The notes under the pieces: model-generated
The model's database searches: none
What the model saw: the letters and a program-made list of their open reading frames with translations, nothing else
What the model was told of the DNA's origin: nothing
DNA from: Trichosphaerium sp. ATCC 40318
Lineage: Eukaryota > Protista > Tubulinea
Assembly (NCBI GenBank): GCA_038496445.1
Contig: JALMLS010000353.1
Location: 186,001-250,000, forward strand
Reading direction: 5' to 3'
DNA: 64,000 bases
Shown here: piece after piece, positions 23,438 to 37,600 of the stretch
How positions within the stretch are numbered: position 1 is the stretch's first letter
How the letters are laid out: each line of letters opens with the position of its first letter
Translations under genes and position numbers: made by a program

Positions 23438-26205
23438 ATGTGTACTGTATTTTTACAATGGAAAAAATGTAATAAGCTTCGTTTTGGCGTAAACACGCAC
23501 AATCCAACAATAGTACGCATGTTTTGTATGAAAATGTAAATTGCTGAAAATGTTTACAATTAGCGGTTTAAACGTTTTTCTTCAACAATCCAACGCACGA
23601 ATGACGCAAAAGAAGTCCCAAAAAACGTTTTCGCAACACTTTCGTCAAGACTGAAACTAAAAACGCTTGACGAATGGTATAACGTCTCTAAACTCGATTT
23701 ATACCGAGCTGGTAAAACGTTGGCACTCACTGTACTAAAAAGGTTACAAATCAATAAAAACCGTTTAATACTTATCTAACAACAAACCAGATACGATAAC
23801 TCAGTACCTCTAGTGGTTGTAGACCTCTACCCTCAAGGCAACTGGAAATATTGGGAATTTACGTCAGTTTCTTATTGTCGTTACGTATCACACTAAATTT
23901 CGCTATAGAGATCCTCCATGGCATATCAGTAAATGTTGCAAGGTTTTCTTTGATTCTCTTGGTGAGCACCTGGAGTACAAACACTTAGATGAATGGTACA
24001 ACATCACAACTGAAGATATTTTCGGGTTTGGAGGAAAAAACCTTATGCTTACCAAGTAAGTCTCCTTTTTAGTCAGGCGCGCTTAACATTGCATCCAAGA
24101 TATAAAGGATCTCCTTATATTGCATTATCAACGCTGTATCCTAGTCACAAGTGGCATCCATGGCAATTCAAGTACTAGTTTCTACAAAAAATAGTCAAAA
24201 AATATTGTGTTTATAAAACCTGATAACGGTGTCTATAGAAACCTTACAGATATTTGGGATGATTGGCTCAACGTAAAGTACATATTTTAAATGCTCTTTT
24301 ACAAAGAAATGAAGATAAAATCCACTGTAATCTAACTATAAAAAGGCAATGGTTTGATGAACTGGGAAGAAAGTTTGAGGTTTATCAATTATCAGATTGG
24401 TACAATGTTACTGAAACTGACGTTGCCAATTATGCTGGTACAAGTATAACGATAGCTCTTAAATCAAGCAGATTACATACTATACTTAAAAAAGTATATC
24501 CTAAATTCAAATGGACAACGTCTTTCTTTGCGTGCGAAAGTAAAAAAAGCGGAAGATACTAAGAAAAAAATAGGAAAAGCGACAACCAACCAGGACATAA
24601 GATGCTAATGTATATAGACGCTATAGGCGCAAAATTAAATTTAAAGCATCTAGATGACTGGCATAACGTATCACACGCAGATTTGACAAAGAGTGGAGGT
24701 CTTCTATTAATCCAAACAAAGTAAGAATTTTATCGTTCTCAAGCTTGTCTTACCATTTGCTTCACTGCTAATTTGTTTTTTTTTCAGATTCGATGGTTCG
24801 CTTTATGCAGCCTTATACACAGTATATCCAAAGTATCCTTGGAAGATATGGAAGTTCAGGTAGGAACAGAAATTGCCACTGATGAAAAAGTGTTGCTAAC
24901 TAAAAACTAAGAAAACCACGACATTTTTGGGACGACATGACCCATCAAAGAAAGTTCTTTGACGCAATTGGAGTTGATTTAGGTACGTATCTATAGCATC
25001 TTCATAGAAATTTAATTTTCTTAAATACTGTGCTAGGTATAAGCCAACTTGATGAATGGTATAAAATCGGTTACAAGGAACTTCTACCGTATCACATTCT
25101 TGGTCTTTTGAATCACCAGTACACATACTTTAAAGGAAGTTTACTTAGTTCTTCTTAGATACCAAGGGTGTGTTTCTAGAGCAATAATGTATATATTCCC
25201 TGAGAAGGATTGGGACGTAAAACGGTTCAAGTATGTAAAAGAAGAAAAAAAAAAAAGGAGTAACTGCATATTTATATATCATTAGGCGACTTCCTAGAGG
25301 ATACTATAATCAGGAAGAAAATGTTTTAGACAGCTTGAGTAGTTTATCTGCAAGTCTCAGCTTGACAAAGGCAGAGCAATGGTAACATATTGAACAAGAC
25401 AGATATGTTGAGCTTACAACTTTTAGGTATTGTGTGTCACGTGCACAATTCGATAATCACGGTGTTTCTTCAGTTATAGATTCGCCCTATTGGCCTTCCA
25501 TATTACAAAAAATCCATCCCGAGTTCAAATGGGATTGGTCTTTACTGCGTCAAAGAGATAAACGTGCAAGCCAAAGGTAGTTAAAACATCCGCTAAATTA
25601 CTTTTGCTGTTCCTAATTCGTTGTTCAATAGATGGCTTGGCTATGTCATCCGTACTGTATTCCCTGAGTATAAAGTTATGGAAGAACATAGAATTAAACG
25701 TGGCATAAGCTTGGATATTTATGTACCTGAGATGAACTTGGCTTTTGAATATCAAGGTATTTCATAATGTTATTAAATCACTTTTAGTGTTTAACCATTT
25801 TTATAAGGTGAACAACATTATCATGATTTATATGATCACTCTATAAAGTATGATACATTAGATAAGTTAAAGAAACGGATATGTGGCGATCTAGGTACGT
25901 TCTACTAATGCTTTTGTTTTGAAACGAAAAAAACCCTCACTAAATTTTTCTTGAAGGAGTGACAGTCATTGCAATCCCGTATTGGTGGAACGGAGACATA
26001 GATAGTATAAAGGCTACAATTGTACATTTTAGGTAACTCTTTGATTTATCTACACGTCATAAATAGTAACAACTTTACTAGGCCGGATATTAACTTTAAA
26101 ACAAGAGCTAAACCTCTACTACTTGCACCAACAAATAAGTTCTTTGTTCAAGAGAAGGTTATAGCTGATCAAATGATGAGCGATGCAATTCAACTTGTAA
26201 AATAA
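23438..26205 (+). CDS. DWY-repeat protein 3 (about 6 repeats) with C-terminal RAP/DUF559-like PD-(D/E)XK-fold domain
   Basis: EWYNV, EWYNI, DWYNV, DWHNV, EWYKI, QW|YCV repeats; C-terminus MEEH..ISLDIYVPEMNLAFEYQG|EQHY...DKLKKRICGDLG|VTVIAIPYWWNG. Confidence 0.8.
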
Positions 26206-26471
26206 ACTAACCTACACCGATTTATCGCTGGTTCACCAACACCACATTACCGTTGTATCTTGGAATTCGTTTCTAGTCAACTTCGTTGTCAAATTGGGCT
26301 AAGCGCACGTGGCCACAGGAGAAACAACTCTAGAGCTAGAGAGACTTAAGGCAGTCAACGGGTTCCCATTATCCCGTGAAATTATACAACTTCCTTTCCT
26401 TGCTAAGCGCACGAGGCGTATTGGTGGTATTTGGCTATAAATCTGTTCATTACCTACCACAAACAAATACA

Positions 26472-27422
26472 ATGAACAAAAACAGCGATTTCTTCAATGA
26501 GATACCTGTCGAGGTTATTGTTCTTATTCTACAATTCGTACCTAAGCTATCTATGTTTTCAGTACTACGTACATCCAAATTATTATCCACTATTACAAAA
26601 CAGCACTTTGGACATGTAAACAAGGGGATCATTGTGCTAAAGACGAAAAAAAAGTTAAGAAAGCTGATAAAGAAAGCTCCACATTTGATCTCAACAAAAA
26701 CACTTTCTATTTATTACAAAATCAGGAAAACATCAGATTTAAAGTATCTACAAGGTGCTTATGCACTAAGACTGTACAGGAGAGTCAGCAGTATTGTCGA
26801 TTTTACAAACTTTAAAGTTGTTGATAGTATAAGCTTTGCTAATTGCGAAGTGACTGATGATCATCTTAAACAACTTGCAGGTATACATAAGCTAAGTTGT
26901 CGTGCATGTACATATATTACAGATGATGGGATTAAACCTTTAGCTGGTATTCACACAATCGATCTATGCTTTTGTCAAAGGATTACAGATGAAGGCATTA
27001 AGGCTTTAGCTGGTGTCCATGAAATATATTTACAGAGTTGCAAAGGTATCACAGATGAAGGTGTTAAAGCGCTAGCTGGCGTTCATACCATTGATCTTTC
27101 AAGGACAAACATTACAGATGATGGTGTAACAGCCTTGGCTGGTGTTCACGAAATAAAGCTATATAATTGCAAAGGTATCACAGATGAAGGTGTTAAAGCA
27201 TTAGCTGGTGTTCATACCATTGATCTTTCAAGTACAAACATTACAGATGATAGTCTAAAAGCCTTGGCTGGTGTTTGCAGAATTACTATATGTGGTAATC
27301 AACAAATTACAACCGAAGGCATAGAAGCTTTGGCTGGTGCTCGTTTGGTTGATGCATTCAATTGTCCCCAACTTAGGCGCAGTAAAATTAAGCCACATAA
27401 TGGATGTGAATTGATTCTTTAG
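26472..27422 (+). CDS. Intronless F-box + leucine-rich repeat protein
   Basis: FNEIPVEVIVLILQFV F-box; repeats LAGVHxIxLxx(C)xxITDxGVxA; single exon. Confidence 0.85.
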   Translation: MNKNSDFFNEIPVEVIVLILQFVPKLSMFSVLRTSKLLSTITKQHFGHVNKGIIVLKTKKKLRKLIKKAPHLISTKTLSIYYKIRKTSDLKYLQGAYALRLYRRVSSIVDFTNFKVVDSISFANCEVTDDHLKQLAGIHKLSCRACTYITDDGIKPLAGIHTIDLCFCQRITDEGIKALAGVHEIYLQSCKGITDEGVKALAGVHTIDLSRTNITDDGVTALAGVHEIKLYNCKGITDEGVKALAGVHTIDLSSTNITDDSLKALAGVCRITICGNQQITTEGIEALAGARLVDAFNCPQLRRSKIKPHNGCELIL

Positions 27423-28311
27423 AGCTACTTGTTTTGATTGACAAAACTCAAGACCAGACAGTAATGTAGAGTTGTTAGAAATAAAATTATAGAGTTCCTA
27501 ATCATGTTTTTTTTTTCTCATACCCATCACTATCACAATACACCACCACATTTAATGTCATTGCATATACCATAAGCTTCCATACTAGATACAGCCCTAC
27601 TACACCAAATTCCAACAAACTGTGTCACACTCAGTAGAATGTTTGTATGTTTCCTTTGCTTTGTCTAACTCCTCGCTTCACAAATCTCATAGTCATTAAT
27701 CAATGTTAAAGAACTCAATTGTATCATCAATGCAAAGCAACATTGCAGCGTGATAAAGAAAAATAAAATACACTGTGGAGCTGTAAAGCGTTTTATTGTG
27801 TTACCTTATTTTCGCTAAAATTAGTGTTTTGTGAAATGCCCAAAACAGTACAAAACCCACGATAAGTAAAGTAAAACATGTTATCATGGGTAAAAGCAAA
27901 GTGAGTTATACCTACATGTGGCCAAGTGGCAATAAATACGTTGGTGAAACATGGCAAGCGTGAGACAATGGACAATTTACATGTACAAATGGTGATTGGC
28001 TAAACATATTGGTACTGGACAAATGGCTGCACACTTCAAACATAGATCGTAATGCAAAGGAGAAATAACAACAGTACCAACACTCGATCTTGTAGCCGCT
28101 TTGAATTGGTATTCTCAATGGATTGTAGTACGTTTTTGGAGGTTTCAAGTTGTCGCACTTTGACAGGTTGCTTTGTTTCTAGGACATGTTACCACCAGCG
28201 AATCCAGAGATAGGAACGAAAGGAACACGTGTTATGTTGAACAGTTGAACATACTTTTTAAAAAGGGTACTTCAATAATTTCATTCTATCTGAATAGTAG
28301 ACACTCTTTGC

Positions 28312-28836
28312 AATGCCCTTCCATTAGGAATAAGCAATATTCATATTCATTGTCCTGTATGCTATATTCACTATTCATTCATGAATATTCACTGGATGCA
28401 GCTTTTGATTTTGTAACGCTTAGGACACTGTCACTCCACTTGATTTCCAACATATCAAAGCCAACAGTTTTCCTAACACAAATTGGTTTATTTTATGCAG
28501 TACTGGAAACCGGCCGCTCACAAATCCTGATGGTTTAGTTTGGTGCCAAAAAAAGCAATATTCGTCACCTGCTCGTAAAACACCATAGAAACCTACCGAC
28601 AGCAGATTGTCGTCCATAGAGAACTACTGTTGCTGGTTTTTAACTAATAACTCACGAACGCTATCAAAGTTGTGGTGTGAGATTTGTGGCCGTAAGAATC
28701 AACAAGCCAACTTGCAAACTTCTCTACCGTTTACTGTTGGGCAACATAGTATGAAATAATGAATTTTATTACATGAATATTAGTGAATTGGCTGTATTTG
28801 AATATTCATAGTATTCATTCATAACGGAAGGGCATT
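28312..28836. mobile_element. MITE-like non-autonomous DNA transposon remnant
   Basis: Terminal inverted repeats AATGCCCTTCCATTA / TAACGGAAGGGCATT (1 mismatch); clustered subterminal TATTCA/TGAATA motifs at both ends; no clear TSD. Confidence 0.6.
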
Positions 28837-29362
28837 AATCTTAGCATCTTTTTATACCAACAATCAATTGGTTGACACCAAGAGTGCAAGCGATCAAAGC
28901 ATGTTGGCAAGTCTGTCCGTTTGTAGAGATTCAAACTGCATAAACAGTACGTGGTACATTACAATACCTAATCAGTTGTTTCTACATGTTGTGTTTAAAA
29001 TCCAAAACTAAGGTACTCCCATATAATAACACAGATTGATAATGTGATCTAGAGAAGTATTGTCCATTTCACATAACATACATTGATCGCTTAAGGACAA
29101 AGATGAACAAACGAACAACATGCCTTATTTAACAAACGTGCTTAAACAGTTAATTTTGACGCTTCTTTAAGATTGATATCGTTTTACTTTCTGTGACTGG
29201 CATGAATCAAGGAAAATAATGCAAATTCACGTAAAATTATTATCAAAACAAAGACTCTCAAATAAAGACTCTGTCAAGAATGCAAGAGCAAATGAACGCA
29301 AAACGTAAAGTACTATTTTGCTTACCCCACCCTTACTAACAACACTATAGACTAATTATAAA

Positions 29363-30169
29363 ATGGCTCTTTATACAAACCTCTTAGACCTACCTATAGA
29401 GCTACAACTTTGTATTATGGAAAAAGACGTTTCAGCGTATTTAAAATGGCCAATATTGTCTAAAACAGCAGCGACAAGTACAAGGTTTGATTATAACTTG
29501 AAAAAACATGGAAAATGGCTTAGAAAAACAACAAGATTTCTGTTTGACCGTAAAGAACGATTCACTTTAACATCAAGGTTTATGTATCAACAGTATTGGA
29601 ATCATGGTGTAATAGAAGGACAGCATAAACGTTGGGATTTTTATGGTACTTTAACTGAAGAGTTTTACATTGTTGATGACAAGCTTGAAGGAGAATACAA
29701 GTTATTCCACGCGTACTGTGGTAATTTAAAAGAGCATTGTTATTATGTCAAAGGTTTAAAACATGGAGAATACAAGTCATTCTACAAGGGCAGTGGTAAA
29801 TTAAAAGAGCAGTGTTATTATGTCAACGGTTTAAAACATGGAGAATATAAGTTATGGAAGCTATCTGACGGGATTTGGGAGCATAGGCATTATGTTAATG
29901 GTAAGCTTGATGGAGAGTTTAAGAGTTGGCATTGGTACCGCCATGGTGATGGTAGTCCTATAGTTCGTGTTCATTGTCACTACGCTAATGGTAAAAAGAA
30001 TGGAGAGTGTAAATTGTGGTATTATGATGGTAACTTGATGGAGCATTTGCATTACGTTGATGGTATAAAACAAGGCGAAATGAAGAAGTGGAATCGTGAT
30101 GGTGAATTAGTTGTACATTGTTTTTACAATAATGATCAAGTCATAGAATATGCAGTACATGATGAATAA
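29363..30169 (+). CDS. Intronless F-box-like + MORN-variant repeat protein, paralog of 8316..9065
   Basis: LLDLPIELQLCIM...KWPILSK..ATSTRFD..LKKHGKW matches the first copy; MORN-like YVxGxKHGEYK repeats. Confidence 0.8.
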   Translation: MALYTNLLDLPIELQLCIMEKDVSAYLKWPILSKTAATSTRFDYNLKKHGKWLRKTTRFLFDRKERFTLTSRFMYQQYWNHGVIEGQHKRWDFYGTLTEEFYIVDDKLEGEYKLFHAYCGNLKEHCYYVKGLKHGEYKSFYKGSGKLKEQCYYVNGLKHGEYKLWKLSDGIWEHRHYVNGKLDGEFKSWHWYRHGDGSPIVRVHCHYANGKKNGECKLWYYDGNLMEHLHYVDGIKQGEMKKWNRDGELVVHCFYNNDQVIEYAVHDE

Positions 30170-31062
30170 CTATACTGCAGCACAGAATAGCTAATTGGTA
30201 ATCGCATATTGCAAGCGTCCACTGTTACCTGTTGGGATGATTCAAAGAATAAAGGAAAATGATAGTATAGACTATTGAAGATGTCAAAGTGCAAATAAAA
30301 ATGGACAACAGATTAACACGTGGTGCTTGAGTTTATTGTACCACACCTCATAGCCAGAATTATAGTCCACGTTTTTAAATGGAAATACTATGTAAACAAC
30401 AGCTATTGATTGTATTATCGGCTACTAATAATCGAGTCAGTTTGTTGTGAGAGTCACAATAAATACATTTTCTGGTATTTGTCTTGTAAATTTTATCTAC
30501 AACTTGCAAACCAAGCAACATGTAGATATGAGTACAATTAAAAAAACCCAATTGATTGAATCAAATTGGAAAAGCCTTTTGTATTTTCTTTCATTAAGAA
30601 ACCAACGCTGCGTTGAGCTCACCCATTGCGTGATATCTAAAAAACGGGTAAGCCCAAAATGGTCCATTTTGTTTTTTCAAATTGAATTGAACGCAATGAG
30701 AGTTGTAACCCTACAGGCTCTGGTTTACAGGTTTGAAAAAGGCGTGTTAAGGTGGGTGCTAACGTTTAAAGTTTTTTGGCATATTTAATCGTTATTTCTC
30801 CTTTGAAAGTATCTTACGCCGTTTTCTACGCGTAGAAAAGTCGTATGAGAATAGTTAACAATATATTGTTGTGGTGCTTCACGTGAATCATTATCCCGTT
30901 ACAATTATAGTTTTAACAAAATACTAGATATATCTACTACCTTATCACAACATTTTTATTCCAAAAGCCTTTCACCAAAGGTCACATTTTGCAAAAAAAA
31001 TTAGAAGAAATTCGCAAAAAAAGCATAAACCGCCAACACCTCATCAACAAAGCAACTTCTCA

Positions 31063-32227
31063 ATGGCATCTTTTGGTGGAGCGCCTAAATGCTACGTATG
31101 CTCTAAAAGCGTTTATCCACAAGAGAAAATAACGATAGGAAAAAAAGAATTCCACAAACAATGCTTAAAATGTAACGTTTGTAAGAGAAGCTTGAAGGCA
31201 AATAACTACGTCCATTATGGAGGATTTTTTTATTGTGAGCCACACTATACGAGTATTCTTGCTAAAGGTACTGGATTCAATAGCTTCTCTGAGGATGTTA
31301 ACGAAGGACCTATAACGACAATCACTGATGATGCCTATTTACATATTTTTCGGTTTTTGGATAGAAAACACGTGGCTTTGATGAAACTCATCTCGTGGAG
31401 ACTCCACAACGTAAGCGCTACTGTTGATAGGGTATATCCACAAAAAGTGGATATTCTCCTAGCAAAAACGTCAAGAAATCACGTGCTCAGCTTAAAATGG
31501 AAACTATCGCGTGATATCAATACGAGGCTTGAAACGAAGTTTCATGTTAAAATAGTTAAACATCCTTCTTTCGGAGGAGAAGTTTTAAAAACACCTCTTG
31601 TTGTTGATACTTTGAAAGAAAAACAAGAGCTTGATATTAATATTAAGAGTCTAAGTGATCATAAATACCAAGTGCCTTTTGATTTATGGATCGTGGCTAC
31701 GAATAAAAACGGTTACGAAACATTGTCAGAAAAGAAAAGTTTATTTTTGATCGCATCTGGACACAAACACCCTGTTGGTTGCTTTGACGGCCAGGCGCTA
31801 TTGTGGATGGCAGATGGATCTCTAAAGAAAGCTAAGGACGTAGCCGTTGGCGACTCGGTTATGACAGGAAGCTTTGATACTCAGAGAGTTGTCAAAGTTC
31901 AAGCAATTGACGAGCTAACAGCAAAAAGAATGGTTTATTTGGACGATTTCTGGATTACAAGAGGTCATCCCGTTTTAAAAAATGGCGAATGGCATGCACG
32001 TTATTATTTGTAATTTACTAACGAGCTATAGGTATCGCCCAGACGAGATAGCGGAAGCCACTACCCGCGTTGCTGATGGACTGTACAACTTCGTTTTAGC
32101 AGATGAACACTCAGTTTTAGTTGGAGAGAAAAAACTCGTTTGCTGTACTCTTGGAAAGTACTGTGGTCCACGGCTTGAAGCTATGTACCCGAACCAAAAC
32201 AAATTGTACGGTCCCACACAATGTTAG
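31063..32227 (+). CDS. LIM - F-box-like - FN3-like - Hint (Vint-type) protein; one GC-AG intron at 31992-32031
   Basis: CxxC..FHxxCxxCxxC..CxxH LIM; ITDDAYLHIFRFLD; GCFDG...DVAVGDSV...ITRGHPV...EW|YRP...LYNFVL...CCTLG. Confidence 0.8.
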
Positions 32228-32461
32228 CCAAATAAACGGTATTTATAGTTAGTAATGTGTCATAAAAACGAATATTGTAAACTATTCAATGCGTACCACA
32301 TACAAAAGCAAACTCGCTAGCGTTCGTAACAAGCCTTTCACAGGCACAATGCTACATAGACACAATAACTAAAAGTCGGGCACAAAACGAGAGGTTAAAA
32401 GACATAAGTGAAACAAGACATTTTATAGCTGGTAAAATTGGTTTATTTGGCAAGAGATTAT

Positions 32462-34201
<1,740 letters not shown>

Positions 34202-34632
34202 GATAAATTTAAGTTGACAGTAGGTGTTGCAATTAGTGGAGCAGAACGAAAAAGAAAGAAAACAGAAATAACGAAATTTCCGCCTTAACAGCTATCCACC
34301 AATGAGAATCGACTATTTCATTCCTTAAACACTATTTAGGTTCACAACCGAATTTAAGAAAATTTTTAGAACGAATGGGAGTATTGGCTGCACGTCGTTG
34401 GTGATCTATTGCGTGTTTTATGCGTTTTTGAAGCTTTGCGTAGCCCATTCTACAACATTTGCACAATCGTTATTTACATGCGTTTTACGGCACTCAACCG
34501 CGTTAAGAAGCTCCCTGCGTATGTTTTTTCAAACTCCTTGCCATTTTCACAAAATTATTTTGTTATTTTCCATCAAAAAAATTGTCATACGTTTCAAACT
34601 ACACATACAACTACATACACCAAAGTAGAATT

Positions 34633-37600
34633 CTATTTTACACCAGACAAATTATCTCTTAGTACTTCCAATGCGCTTAGTACGCGCGAGCAAGTTTGCG
34701 CAGCGGCCAAGTATCTCCTCCACGCCTAATAATCATTTATTTCAACGTTTCCGTTTTAAAATCTCAAAACATTTGTTTTTCTCACCTTTGCCATACTTTT
34801 CCACTGCTTTGAGCGATTATTTGCTGATAGTAACGACGACTCCAGCGTTTGCAATAAATCACGTAAAACTTCAATTTCAGTGGCTTTCTCCACTAAACGC
34901 CTAAACTGAGCCAATCTAAAACCCTACACAACTCAATTAACGTTTTTAAAGCAAATTATAGTTACAAACCTTCGTAAACACGCAACGTGGAATCTGCGAA
35001 CACAACAGGATTATTTCCTCTTGTACACTCTCCAAAAGTAAGTTATTGGCTTCTTCGAGCTCGCAAATCGCTGTTTTGTAGAGTAAGTAGATGAGCGAGT
35101 GGGTAGACGGAGAAATACGCACGTCTCTCTTCATTATCAATACCGAAATGAAGCTTAAATAGATTATTGGATACGTCAGTACCACTAGACGACTCTCGGC
35201 GCGATTTAACTTGAGGTTGGCTATCAGATAACCTCTTTTGTTTTTGTGCAGAATCATTTTTAGCGCCTCGTTTTGGTTGTCTACGAGCGGGCTGTGAGCG
35301 CCTTTTTTCTCTTCTAATAGCCTCTTTAGCGAAAACAAATACGAAAGTAGACATTTCCGTTTCTTTCCGTTTTTTTTGGTACGTACGATCTTCTCTTCGT
35401 TTTATTGTCGTTTACGCCATTACCATTATCAGAATCACCCTCTGGGTTGTTTTCTTGTTTTTCCTGATTTTCTTTTGCGACCTAATAATGTAAACGTTGG
35501 CTACAAAAAGCTAAAAGGGTTTACGTACCAACAGTGGAGAATCTGGGAACTGATCCACTAACTCTACAAGTTTTCTCTTCAAATCATCTTCTCTTACGCC
35601 ATCAATATTTAGGGCATTCACAAATTCGCTCATCTAAACAACGGTAAGAAAAAAGAACTAGAGTTTTACGCAAAAGATAAAAATTTGAACATCCGTTGGA
35701 CGTTCATAATTTTCTTCTGAATTGCTTCGAGGTACTTACTTGTTCCTCGCTCTCACATATCCACCAAGAAGGCTCTTGTTCATGATCTGAGATTTCAGGT
35801 CTTTGTAACAACACTACATTTTGTACATCGCTCAACCACCTAGCAAAAAATCGTATTAGAGGTACGTTCTATCAAAAAGTAACAGTTTTCTGGAAGATAA
35901 AGTTTCTGTTTTGTTCTTCACGTACCACAAACGTTGGAAGTGACGATCATGCCCTAGTGGTGGCGTACGTACACATGGTGTTTGTTTAGCTACAATGGCT
36001 TTATTCTTTTTAATCTAAACGAACATCTTAGTTTTCTTTGTTTTTTGTTTGGTGGGAAAATTGATTGCGTACTCGTTCTGTTAGTGCTCTTTCACTTCGC
36101 TTAAGGGATCTTTCATCTGTCTTCTCCTTTGGTTTCGAAGATACAGAACTATCTTCATCATCAGAGATAACAGACTCACTCTAAAAAAAGAAATGCGTGA
36201 GCAATGGAAAAAATTCAATAAACGCAAAAAAAGTATTTACTTCTGCTTCTTGTTCTGTTGTTGTATCGCCAATACCGCTTATTTGTTTGAGAAGCTTTGT
36301 TTTTTTCTTTAGATCAGCTGTATCACGTCTAAGATTCTTGTGACTTTGATCAAGAGATGACATTGTATTTCCCATGCATTTTCTAATTAACAACTCTATT
36401 AGAAAATTGCCAACGCGAGGAAAAAAGGCAGTGTATCATGGTATCCAGCTAACGTTGCAGGTTTTTTTTAACAGTGAAGATTGCAACTTATATTTAAAAG
36501 GGTAAGTACCTGAACTCGTCGGTGCTCATAAACTTGTTTGTTAAAAATTCAAGCAACTCCAGCTTTTCATCATAAGAAAGCTCCTCGTATTCGTTGAATT
36601 CTAAGCGGTCTACAACATCTTCATTCTCCCAGTCTTCTGATTGTTGCAAATACTAAATAAAATAATGTCAAAAAAAACTCAAACAAAGCTCTTCTCAAAT
36701 CATACCATGCGCATCAGTTCTGGCCATGTTTTTTCTGTGATAGGTATAACATCAAGTGGTATAATTTCTGCATCATCAGCAATTTTCTAGTAAACAGTAA
36801 GCAAATAAAAAATTTATGATCAAAAAACATACCAACTCTCCTTGTTTTGCGTCTATGACAAACTCTAATAGCGAAGAAAATAATTCATTACGTGAAGTAC
36901 GTAGTGTTAAATCATCAACTTCACATAACATCTCATGAAGCTCCAATAAAGTAAAGTCTGGAAAGTCATCGAAGATCTTGTATTTCTGAAGAAACAGTCA
37001 ATAAATGAAATTTGTCATAATTTTTATTAATACGTACGCCTTTAAATGTTTGTACAAACTTCCATATCATGAATAAACGAGGAAATTTGGAGCCTATGCG
37101 CTCGTGGAGCGGAGAAAAAATATCACGTTGAGGTTCAACGTTTGGTAGTGTAAGATCTTCCACACACTCTCTAGGAGGTATTTTCACAACTAGGATGTGT
37201 TTATACAATAAACATCAAGAACAAAAATGTTGTTTTGAAAAATCTGAAATTTCTATCACGTGAGTGACGCAGGTAAATTTTTTTGTTTCGTTAGGTTACC
37301 TTTTTTACGTTTAGTTCTACTACTTCCAGTACTTCTATTCCGTATCCTTGGTGGGTGCTTTCGTTGGCTTATTCTCACTTTAGCGCGTAATTCTTTCTCA
37401 AGCTCTTTTTCAGCACGCCTGATATCACGTTCAAGTTCTCTTTCTCTTCTGTTTTTCTCCTTTTGCCTTTCCTTCAATAAACGCTTCATAATACGTTCTC
37501 GCTCATTCCTAAAGCGAGAAATAAGTAAAAATTCCGCTTGGCTTTGAGATAAGAAAAACCAGCGTACTGAATGACACGTATCCGTTGCAACTCTTTTTTT

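Noticed and set aside
16891-26205. Functional link between the hairpin RNA and the neighbouring DWY-repeat/nuclease genes (RNA-guided system)
   Set aside because: Only proximity supports it; unrelated genes intervene, the proteins look organelle-targeted and no guide-target complementarity was seen
31780-32200. Self-splicing intein or homing element
   Set aside because: No terminal His-Asn plus nucleophile, no endonuclease and no interrupted host protein; it fits a Vint-type Hint domain
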